A DNA stretch of 64,000 nt from Octopus sinensis (taxonomy: Eukaryota): positions 76,136,001-76,200,000 of the forward strand of contig NC_043002.1 in the NCBI RefSeq assembly GCF_006345805.1, in the 5' to 3' direction. Position 1 is the first letter of the stretch. Every line of letters starts with the position of its first letter. The position numbers were made by a program, and so were the translations under genes. This document shows, piece after piece, positions 1 through 10,790 of this stretch. The notes under the pieces were generated by a model that saw only the letters and a list, made by a program, of their open reading frames with translations, had not been told where the DNA came from and ran no database searches.

Positions 1-7
1 TGTGTGT

Positions 8-49
<42 letters not shown>

Positions 50-255
50 TCCCCCCACCATCGCTTGACAACCGACGTTGGTGTACCTACGTCCCTGAAA
101 CTTAGCGGTTCGACAAAAGAGACCGATAGAATAAGTGCTAAGCTTACAAAGAACAAGTCCTGGGATCGATTTCTTCGACAAAAGTCATCCTTTAAGACGG
201 TGCTCCAGCATGGCCGCAGTCAAATAACTAATACAAGTAAAATGATAAAAGAATA
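1..255 (+). mobile_element. SINE family A, 3' portion (GT tract, body, CR1-like tail)
   Basis: The sequence tttgtccccccaccatcgcttgacaaccg...gtcctgggatcgattt...ggtgctccagcatggccgcagtcaaat matches the 3' half of the complete copies at 37174-37589 and 47960-48430. Confidence 0.85.
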
Positions 256-1138
256 AATGAATTAAAGTATAAGAGAATACACTCAAACTAAAAACATCTA
301 AAGATCTACAATTCAAAGAACACATGATAAACAAATTGGTATCTTTATTTAGATAAAGAGATCACCTCAATCTGCCATACCAATCAGAGATATGACCAAA
401 AGAAAATTCCTACCACATTACTAAATGTCGCTCAAGCTTGACACATATACAAACATTCTTCCTAAACCAGATTTTTATTATGTTTGTATGTTTATATAGA
501 TACTTAAACATAAGATAAAAAAAATAAAGCCTGACCACAACGTACATGAACGCACAGGCACAAACAAATATACTTATGATACTTCAAACAAAAGTCGTCA
601 ATTAGCTTGACAGAAAATTCAATAAGATAGACCAAATACAAAACAAAATCCCAAACACATAAGGCAAAAAACACTCAACCATGAAATAACATTTACAACA
701 TCATAAACTCCTCCAGTAAATAAATATGTCCTTAATCAGTTTTACATCGAAATTTACTCAAGAACAAGTCATTAACATTCCTTAATCTTGACCAAAGCAG
801 AATGATCACCAACGCAAACAGCGTTACGAAAAAAAAAAACATACAAAAAACATTAATTAGATTAACTGGTAAATTCCGTAAATAAAACAGCAAAATATTT
901 TAAAATATATCCTCTCATCAATAAATACAAGAAAAATAAGCAGCACGCTAGAGGAAATTAATCAATCACGAGGCAGAAAATTAACTCTTAGTTCGCAGTT
1001 ATATAAGCAAAATCAATCAAGACACAAGCAAGTGACCACCGCAACACAGTCGAATATAATTTACCACCAAAACAATTTCTCACAATTCTAGCCTGCAGAT
1101 TGTAGAAGCAGGAAACTCAAGTTGCGAGGTTAATCCTC

Positions 1139-1198
<60 letters not shown>

Positions 1199-1439
1199 CA
1201 TGTGCGTCTGCCTGTGTGTGTGAATATATAGGTTATGAGAGGTGATGGTGTAAAGAAGACCTAAAAGTGTCAGGTAATGCTGAGTAAGTGCTATGGACAG
1301 ACTATAGTTAAGCTCCAGGTTCGGTGATTATGCGAACGAGGAGTCCAACGTAGGTCATATATGAGCATGTGTATATATAAAAAAAATAACAGAATGGGAT
1401 AAAAGCTGTGAAAGATTTCAGAACATTTATAAATAAAAG

Positions 1440-1487
1440 GTCTTACATCTGTTTCCGGGATAATTTATATATCCCTTCATCGGAGAC
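1440..1487 (-). ncRNA. Minimal type I hammerhead ribozyme motif (family P1), slightly degenerate
   Basis: Reverse complement reads gtct-CCGATGA-agggatatataaattatcccg-GAAA-cagatg-TA-agac. Stem I is gtct/agac, stem II is imperfect, and stem III has one mismatch. Confidence 0.6.
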
Positions 1488-1737
1488 GGTGTGAGAAGAT
1501 GGTTAAGCAATAGTTATTCTAGATAAGATATGAAATAGAGAGTGAAGTGGAGGAATGAAAATAGACGTGAGATATGCAGGGATATTGTGTCTACAGTTCC
1601 ATTATTTAGGCCGAATGGTATACATATAAAATTCCTGTACCTTGTGAGTAGGTTCCAATAGTATTTTCATTCTTCCACTTCACTGTCTACTTCATATCTT
1701 ATCTAGAATAACTATTGCTTAACCATTTTCTCACACC

Positions 1738-1785
1738 GTCTCCGATGAAGGGATATATAAAATATCCCTGAAACAGCTGTAAGAC
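1738..1785 (+). ncRNA. Minimal type I hammerhead ribozyme motif (family P1)
   Basis: Reads gtct-CCGATGA-AGGGATAT-ataaa-ATATCCCT-GAAA-cagctg-TA-agac. It has a 4-bp stem I, a perfect 8-bp stem II, a palindromic stem III (ACAGCTGT) and a GUA cleavage triplet. The core has C instead of U at position 4. Confidence 0.75.
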
Positions 1786-1926
1786 CTATTTATAAATGCT
1801 CTGAAATCTTTCATACCCTTGGGTTTTTATTGCAGAACAGTCGTTGTATTAATGAGTTATATCTAATTATCACCGGAAGAGACACATCTACGCCGATGGA
1901 TGCCTCTAAACCAGTTGTTTAGTATC

Positions 1927-1973
1927 CCACCTATGAGGGATGGATGCTAGATGGGTCGAAACAATTGTAGTGG
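1927..1973 (+). ncRNA. Degenerate hammerhead-like motif
   Basis: Reads ccac-CTATGA-...-GAAAC-aatt-GTA-gtgg. Stem I is ccac/gtgg and stem III is palindromic (ACAATTGT), but the core lacks a G and stem II pairs poorly. Confidence 0.3.
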
Positions 1974-2009
1974 TTAAAAATTTCGTATCTTCTATCGTCC
2001 GCCACTCTC

Positions 2010-2280
2010 ATTAATCAAAAGCTCACAACTCTTCAATATTCTACCACAAAGCCTGAGAGATCTGCATAGCGTGGATGTAGCTTTTTCAAAACAAAAATAG
2101 ATCTCCTTCTGTCAAGAGGTCCGGATGGACCTACCTCTAGGCAAGAAAGAGATGAGGGCAGCAACGTCAAACTCTCTCATCCACCAAATACCACGTATCA
2201 GAGGAGGTTTAGTAAAAGTTTAGCAAAATAAACGGTGGTGCCCCAAGCACCGCCACAGTGCATGGACTGAGACTTTGAGA
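2010..2280 (+). mobile_element. 5'-truncated 3' end of the CR1/L2-group LINE
   Basis: Translates as QLFNILPQSLRDLHSVDV...MRAATSNSLIHQIPRIRGG, homologous to 19490-19690. It is followed by a ggtggtgcccca tail. Confidence 0.8.
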
Positions 2281-2324
2281 AAAATATGTATATCTACTTA
2301 CACACACACACACACACACACACG

Positions 2325-2368
<44 letters not shown>

Positions 2369-2547
2369 ACACACATATATATATATATATATTTTATGTA
2401 TTGGCGTATGTTTTTCATTGTTTGATTTGCCTAATAGTGGTATAATCTCTAAATTAATATAATATAATATAATATATTTATACTATAAAATTGGATTTAA
2501 TCCTAAATCTGATTTTTCCCGTAAGTTTGGATTTATTCCCTAATATT

Positions 2548-2598
<51 letters not shown>

Positions 2599-3290
2599 AT
2601 ATATATACAGAGAGAGAGAGAAAGAGAGAGAGAGAAAGCAAGCTATACTCTTATAGATTCCGAAAATTATTATTATGTCGTGGATATAAGGTAACATATA
2701 TAATCTATTTTCTTTTTATATAACATATTGAGGTTCTACTATTCTGTCCTATTTCATTCACAGAGACATTATTGCCAGAGATTTAAATTAATTAATTTTG
2801 CAATCTTTATTGATCACTCTGAGTGTAAAAACCCTGCTCTACAAATGAAAATTAAAGCAATTTCCACAATGTCTATGTGAATACAATACAACAGAATAGC
2901 AGAATCGCGTACATCTTTACGTGTGTACTTGCGTGTGTTTATCTCTCTCGTGAATATATTACCGTTCTATATACGGAATCCGATGGCGGACATTCTTGTC
3001 ATATGTCGGCTAACGACTGAAATATTTTTTCTGCACGTAGCGTCACATAACATTGGCAACATACTGTCAGGGTATGTGTAGGCCGTTTCGGTACACTGTA
3101 TGTACGTGTGTGTGGGTGGGTGGATATCTGGGTGTTTGTATGTGGTTATGTCTGTGTTAGTACATGCATGCATGAATGTATAAAGAGAAAATTTAAATAC
3201 ACACACATAAATATATATATATATATATATATATACAAATTTACATGCATACATACATATCTATATATATGTATATACATACATATATAT

Positions 3291-3326
<36 letters not shown>

Positions 3327-3469
3327 TATATATTATATACATGGCATGGCCGCAGTCGCATAACTGAAACAAGTGAAAGAAAGAATATATATACATATAC
3401 ATGTATACATGCATATGTACACGCACACACACGCACACACACACATATACACAGACAGGTATGTATATA

Positions 3470-3900
<431 letters not shown>

Positions 3901-4517
3901 ACAAGGAATTGTATGTAATGTACTAGAAGGATATAGTCTAAGAACAAGTGGATACGAAACAAGAAATAATATCCATGTTAATCACGAATAGAGCAAACGA
4001 GAAATTAATTCACCCACAACCTTATGTAATTTCATCACGGCACAACATTACATCAACAATAAGAATGCTTACTGCGTAATCCCAGTTCTAATTAATCATT
4101 TAACTCCCCTATCGTTCTCATAAGCGGCACCAAAACTTAAGAATATAGAAACTCAGTAGGAGTATATAAAATAATTTTATATTATACAAGCAAAATGTAA
4201 AAGAATACGAAAGCAAATTAGGAAAGCTTATCTTTGACATTATATAGAAGCACCTTATCGTTTTTCGCACAGTATGGCGTCCAAGATCTCCCGTTGAGGT
4301 ACATCGGTATTTTCTAAATATGAAGGATTTAACAAGTGAAAATAATATTCTCGTACGATCTTAATTACACGTTAATTCATTTCAGAAATTTTCTGCTATT
4401 CTCTCTCCTTGCTTCATAAAAATGAAACTCGACACATTATATGACAGCCAAGCACTTACTTTTATTCATAAAGTTAGTTTTAACCTAGTTGATGCAGTGT
4501 ATGTAACAGAGCTGGTG

Positions 4518-4790
4518 AAAGCGCATGGCCTTGTGGTTAGGATGCTGCACTCACGATAGCTAGCATGTGGGTTGGACTTCCGTACCGAGTAGCGTGCTGT
4601 GTTCTTGAGAAAAACACTACATTTCTCGTTGCTCCAGCCCACTCAGCTGTAAATGGGCAACCTCCAGATCAGAGAGAAAGTTGACATGCTCGCAGGCATC
4701 ATTCAAAAGTTAAAACGATGCAAAGCGCACAGTGACCAGCGATGTATAACAACATACGATGGTCTGATCGATACGTGATTACGTGATGTA
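4518..4790 (+). mobile_element. SINE family C (tRNA-like head plus CORE-like central domain), degenerate
   Basis: A-box-like tggccttgtggttagg, then gtgttcttgagaaaaacactacatttctcgttgctccagcccactcagctgtaaatggg. A related copy lies at 37785-37960. Confidence 0.55.
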
Positions 4791-5929
4791 ACAGATCTGA
4801 TTACAAATACTTAGAAGTATTAGCTCATTGACTGTCATTTTCATTATTCTTCATTTTAAATTCTACCGAGAAACTTTATTTCTCTCTGTTACCGATGAAA
4901 TAAGTACTAGTCAAGTACTGGAACTAACCCCTCCATTCCATCCCGAAGAAAATGCTTAGTGACTAATACCAGTCTTTTCAACTTACATTCTGCTTTTAAA
5001 TTCCACCAAGATCAAATTTTCTTCTCATCCCTTCAGGGCCGATAAAATATAGTACAAGTCAAATACTAGACTAACCCCCTCCTTTCAAACATTATTACCT
5101 ATGTCTCAAAGGTAGAAACAGTTTTTCGACTAAACACGGGAAACAACCCTGGATAAACTTCCGCCTCCTTAGAATGTATTCCAAGCTAGATTCCCAAGAT
5201 ATACTATCCTATTCTTTTACTCGTTCTGGCCTTTGGACCACGGTCATGCTGTGGAACTAGAGCCTTGGAAATGTTTTTAGCCTATCATAGTGTCATGTTT
5301 TAAAGTATTGGACTTATCGGAAACAATTTATAGAACCACTACGTTACGAGTCATGCAAATATATTTCAGGGACAGATCTAACGTCTTGCTTCTGTAATAT
5401 TATTCACAAAATATTCCAAAAATAAAGTGCTGCATTTTTTTAATAAGAAGAAAACCAAGCATATTTGTAATGCACTCTCCTAATCTGTATGAAGTTATGT
5501 CACAGCACACTGTCTATTCATATCATTGCACGTTGATTTTTTTTCTTGTCTCTCCCTCTTTATTGTGTCAATGAAGTGAAACTAAAATTCTCTAAAAGAT
5601 TTCTTTAGTCGATACAAATCACAAAGTTAACAAACGATTATGGGATTAAAATTTTAAATGTTTTTACTAGAATGAATAAACATTTTAAATGCTTTTACTA
5701 GAATGAATGAATAGTTGCTGTTTTTACTTTTTTCTAGTTATTTTTAGTTCAAGGTGAATTGTCTACAAAAACATTCAAATTGTAAGCATAACGATTTGGT
5801 GGGTGTCTTCCATATTATATAATATCATTTTCTTGTTTTAACCTGGTAGGGTTTGATCTGAGGACAATTTGGCTGATGTTTCTTGCAAGAGTATAGAGGC
5901 TCGTGGAACACATACTTTTCTTTTATGTA

Positions 5930-6484
5930 TTGGGTTGTCCGGAAAGTTCGTGCCGATTTTTAAAGGAAAGAAAAAGGTCAATAAATACTTGCCATTACAC
6001 TTTTAATCAACCAAATATGAACCATTTTGTTGCACAATGCGTCTCCATTTTTCCTTTAACTTGAAAATACCCTCTTCCCAGAGTTGGGCAAAGAATTCAT
6101 GAAGATATCTTTTTACATCATTCAAGGAATTGAAATTTTTACCATTAAGACTATTCTGCAGAGACCTGAATAAGTGTAAATCCGAAGGAGCAATATCTGG
6201 TGAATATGGAGAGTGGGGTAACACATCCCAACCGAACTGCAGCAATTTTTGTCTCGTTCCCAAAGCATCAACTGCCGAAAATGAACTTTCTTATATTCCA
6301 CTTTAAAGGGTTACAGAATTAACACAGGTTATAGGAACATAAACCTTCTTCCACGAAAAGATAGCTTAAACTGTGCTCTAAATGGAGGTGTAGTCAAATC
6401 CTATTTTATGGACTCAACCATGTTCTAAAAAGAAGTCGAAAGTTAAGCTACAATAAATCGGCACGAACTTTCCGGACAGCCCAA
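5930..6484 (-). mobile_element. Internally deleted mariner element (555 bp) with intact TIRs
   Basis: 30-bp TIRs ttgggttgtccggaaagttcgtgccgattt (5930-5959 and 6455-6484, 1 mismatch) flanked by TA. The internal remnant 6003-6263 encodes HSPYSPDIAPSDLHLFRSLQN, the mariner YSPDLAPxD motif. Confidence 0.92.
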
Positions 6485-7052
6485 TACAATGTAAAATAAT
6501 CAAATCAAAATAATTTCGAAGAAAATTTTTAAAAGAAAAACTGAGTAAATTTTTAAAAGAATCAAGTAAATTAACATAAACGGAGGATATAAAATAAAAC
6601 AAATTAAATGATATCGATATAAACTAAAATGATAGATATTTGGATAAAATAGATTGGATGTCTGTATTTTGAACTGTTTCAACTAAAGCTGATTAATTTA
6701 TTAATTTATTTAGTTAAGTGAAGCTTGCAATGCTTCATCTACAAATAGATGACGAATGTCACTTTTCAAGCAATATTAGCCTCTCAAATTCTGGTGTTTT
6801 AGAAATTATCAAATAAGGCTGAATGTGGAGGTCATAAAAGAAGTTTGAACACGATACTTGTATGCAGGTAATGTGCGCTGTGGAGCAAGATGATTGGGAA
6901 TCCATTTTTGCTATACATTATGTTAAAATGACAACAGTTATATAATTAGGCGCACAGAGGTTCTATGTAGCATTTACATAATGCAGGTGTCTGTGCTGAA
7001 GTCCAAAAGATAGAGTATAAAATTGTTGAGGGTTTGAATAATTCATAATTCA

Positions 7053-7980
7053 AGAGGCGAGCTTCCAGGATCGTTAACTTTTCGGACAAAACGTTTAGCG
7101 GCATTACTTTTGGCGTTACATTCTACATTCAAATTCAACAACTTTGTATTTCATTCTTTCGGGTTCGATAAAATAAGCACCATTTGAGTACTATGGTCAA
7201 TGTAATCGACTAGCCCTCCCTCTAAAAATTTCAAACCTTGAGCAAATAATCGAAATAATTTAATATTCACAGTTAGCATAGTAGAAACTTCGCAAGGGCT
7301 ATATGATTCTATCCTTTCGAAATGAATACAAAGATAATTTTTCATCCATCATCTTGAAGAAGAAGGATAAAGCAAATGCATTTACAGCCAGAGAAATTAT
7401 ATTTTGTGTTTGCGCAACAGATGATCGCCATAAACTTGTAAAAGAGGCTTTGGTGCTTGTTAAAGAATCGTTGCCAGTCAAAATAAAACAATAATTTATT
7501 GACTAATCAATAATGGTATCGAAATATGATTTCATGCTTGTCTTTAAAAGTTAGAAGATTCGCTAGCGTCGGAAAAATGTTTCGAATTTTTTTTTTTTCC
7601 ATCTATTACATTCTGAATTCAAATCCCGCCGAGTCCGAATTTTGATTTCACCTTTCGGAACCGATAAATATAGGTCTATTCAAGTGCTGGGGTCAGTTGC
7701 GTCGACTAACCCATTAACCTCAAACCTGTTCGTATCGTACCTAAATTAAAACATGGGCAACAGTCTGGTAGAATTCCTAAGGAAAAACTGCCTTCAGTAT
7801 TTGCACCCAGTCGTTTACATTCTAAATTCCATTCCTGCCGATGTTAACTTTTCCCCGCATGGTTGCGAAGTTGATAAAATAAAATACCAATCAAATACTG
7901 CAGTCGATGGTATCGATTGACTTCCTCCCCTCAAACCTGTTGACCTTGTGACTAAATTAGAAACCATCATTTAACTAGAA
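7053..7980 (+). mobile_element. Three degenerate SINE family B copies in the same orientation
   Basis: Recurring ttcaaat...ctttc(a)...cctttcgg...gataaa.taag.acca...ctggggtcga...cgact blocks at about 7053-7255, 7545-7755 and 7760-7980. Confidence 0.6.
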
Positions 7981-8187
7981 AAGGTTTTTAATTTGTTTTA
8001 AGACGATTTTAATTGGATTAAAATTTATTGGTATTCGTTTTGAATTTAGTTTAATTTTCTTTTAATTTAATTGCTTTCGAGCTTTTAGTTTGGTTACAAA
8101 TTACTTCACTTTCTACTTTCTTCAGTTATGGTATTGGTTTGCTTCCATAGCGTGTATATAATAATAATAATAATAGTAATAATATTA

Positions 8188-8741
8188 TGCCCTGATGCAG
8201 TACCAGACAGTGACTCTCATGGCTTCTGATCTTAACACATTGGAGTTGTTATCATGTACATTGTTTTGTCTTGGTATAAAAGATGGACTACAGCAAATAT
8301 TCTGCTCAATACCACAGATTTGCTTGTTATTTGTTTGACCTTAACCAGTTGACCATGCCCCTTAGTAGCTGATGATAAGTGCATCTCTGATCACGAGAAG
8401 AGGTAGTGGGGAGCATCATAGCCATGTATTGAGAGGGATTCTTTGGGATTTGAATAATTCACCTCTGGAAACATGGATGTTTTGTTCAACATCCTTAAAC
8501 AACCCTTATTCAGGGACCTTTTTAGCGGGATGGGTTACTCGACCAGAAGAAAATTCTAACTGAGCTCCACCTGCAAGGTCATGTGCTATTTATCTTTATA
8601 TGAGATCGCCATGTCACGCACATATGGTTGTGATGCATGTGCCTAGTGTACTCTTATCAGATGGGTAGTCAGGACGGTTATCCTGGGATTCGTATATTTT
8701 ACCCCAGTGTCACTTTGATGGCATGCACTGCTCTCTCACTC
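8188..8741 (+). mobile_element. About 550 bp non-coding interspersed element embedded in an (AAT)n tract
   Basis: Complex, GC-richer sequence bounded by AAT repeats on both sides (8160-8187 and 8742-8782). It ends ...ctctctcactc(AAT)n and has no informative ORF. Its status as a repeat is from recollection only. Confidence 0.5.
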
Positions 8742-8802
8742 AATAATAATAATAATAATATAATAATAATAATAATAATAATATGTCTGTATATATATAT
8801 AA

Positions 8803-8833
<31 letters not shown>

Positions 8834-8855
8834 CTAATATATATATATATAATTT

Positions 8856-9212
8856 GTGTACATTTATACACAAAAAGGTGAGCCTAACACGCCACCTTAC
8901 ATGATAAAAAGAGCTGTGAAAGCCCAAAACACGGTTAAAATATGTGTATATAGATGGAACATGTACTGTCTTCAATGTTCCATAAATATACATTTGTAGC
9001 AAACGTGATGAGAACACTGTAGAGATCACTGACGGCAAATTATTTTTTTTCTTCATTGATGTTCGAAATCTGGGTACATTTGGTACTATTGAAAATGTTT
9101 TTATTTTACATCCCCTTCGAAATTATTCTTAACAGTGGTTTGGGCTTTGACTGCTCTTCTTAGCATATAAGGGGGCCTGTTAGGCTCACCTTTTTTGTGT
9201 ATACATGAACAC
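8856..9212. repeat. Inverted repeat (about 86 bp arms, about 185 bp spacer), MITE-like or PLE-like
   Basis: 8856-8941 (gtgtacatttatacacaaaaaggtgagcctaacacgcc...) pairs with the reverse complement of 9125-9212. Confidence 0.75.
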
Positions 9213-9256
9213 TAATTTTATATGAAGAATATGTTGTCTATTGACTCTTTTATGTG

Positions 9257-9296
<40 letters not shown>

Positions 9297-9299
<3 letters not shown>

Positions 9300-9451
9300 C
9301 TCAATTGTTAAGATAGCCACCCTTGCTAGCTATGCAGATGACCAAGTGCCACGTATCAGAGGTGGATTCACATATTAGTGTAGCTCATTCAGCGGTGGTG
9401 CCCCAGCATGGCCGCGGCCTTCGGGCTAAAACATTTTTAAGGATTTAAGGA
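9297..9451 (+). mobile_element. Internally deleted CR1/L2-group LINE fragment
   Basis: RT sequence IATLASYADD (compare 18853-18882) is joined directly to terminal codons QVPRIRGG (compare 19656-19680) and the ggtggtgccccagcatggccgc tail. Confidence 0.75.
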
Positions 9452-9453
9452 TT

Positions 9454-9514
<61 letters not shown>

Positions 9515-9574
9515 TATATGAAGTTAATCCAAACATGAAAACACAAAGAAAAAAAAAAAACAACGCGAGGACGT

Positions 9575-9732
9575 GGAACAAATACAGTATTAGTGGACGC
9601 TCAGAAAGGAAGGTAAGAAGGAGGGTTTGACGTTTCGAGCGGAGCTCTTCGTCGAAAACATAGGAGAAGGAAAGATCCAGAGAGGGGAAGACAGAGGGAA
9701 AAAATCGCCAACGGTACACGCGCGGTCACATT
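9575..9732 (-). mobile_element. Penelope-like pseudo-LTR (family P2)
   Basis: Related to 12780-12900 through the shared block gacgtttcgagcggagctcttcgtcg, and abuts a (TA)n tract. Confidence 0.7.
9625..9659 (-). ncRNA. Minimal hammerhead motif (family P2)
   Basis: Reverse complement reads gttt-TCGACGA-a-GAGC-tcc-GCTC-GAAA-cg-TC-aaac. Stem I is gttt/aaac, stem III is the palindrome ACGT, and the triplet is GUC. Confidence 0.6.
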
Positions 9733-9746
9733 TATATATATATATA

Positions 9747-9843
<97 letters not shown>

Positions 9844-10790
9844 GTATATATATATATATGTATATATATAATATTATATATTGTTACGGGTTCAACTAGT
9901 GCAGTGTTTCTGACCCACATAGGAATATGGCACCATCATGTCTGGTGAAAATGTGACAGTCTTTTGTCTAATGGAGGACTGATGGGTTTTGGAATGACCT
10001 GTGACCTCGTGTGGTTGATAAGAGGGTCAGTGAGAAGTGAAAGAAAAGGGACAGATTAAGGGCTGAGAGCAAATAGAGATAGAGTATAAGACTAAGGGAC
10101 AGATAGAGAGGAAGAGTCTGGTAGGTGATATAGATAGAGTAAGGAATGAGATAGCAAATAGAAAGGCTATAAGAGGGAGATGAGGGAGTGGAAGAAGGAC
10201 AGAGACGAAGTGAGGTCTGGGCAGTCGTTGAGCGGTCGTCGAAGAACACAGACGGATCTTGCGGTCGCTGGCCGGTCCTCGAGGAAGACAGTCGGATTCT
10301 GGAGGTCAGAGCGAGTAGATGGAATCTTAGAAACGTTGGAATTTTAGGAGCAAGTTGGATGCGAGAACGCTTGGCGGCACAGAAGGGAATTAGCAGATTC
10401 AGAGGATTTAGCAGTATTGAGAGGAATGGGACACTAGCAGATTCAATTAGGAATTGAGGTATGTGTTGTGCATTGATATGTGTCACGGTGTATTGAACAG
10501 TGAAGAGAACAGTCAAGGACTCTGTCGATATGTCGATTATCGAGTTGTGGTATTTATGTTCAGAATTGAGTAAAGGACTTGTTGATGTGACTTTATCTGT
10601 GATGTTTAGGAAGAGACTTTAGAGAACTGTTGTCTTCGGACATGAACTTTAAATTGTACTCTTGAATTGCTGTTGTATTATGCTTTGATCTGTTGTATGA
10701 TGTATTGAGTAGTCACGTGCATGTCTTCCTTTAAATGTCTGCCTTAAATGTATTTGATGTTGTAACCATTGATTGTCGTATAAACTGTTG

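Larger units (their letters stand above)
1409..1813. mobile_element. Long inverted repeat (about 150 bp arms, 98 bp spacer), probably an inverted Penelope-like pseudo-LTR pair
   Basis: Arm 1409-1563 is the reverse complement of 1662-1813 with only scattered mismatches. Each arm contains a hammerhead motif. The same sequence recurs as a solo copy at 60445-60545. Confidence 0.8.

Noticed and set aside
6003-6263. SETMAR-like or domesticated transposase gene
   Set aside because: It is only the C-terminal fragment inside a TIR-bounded deleted mariner, with no SET domain or N-terminus.
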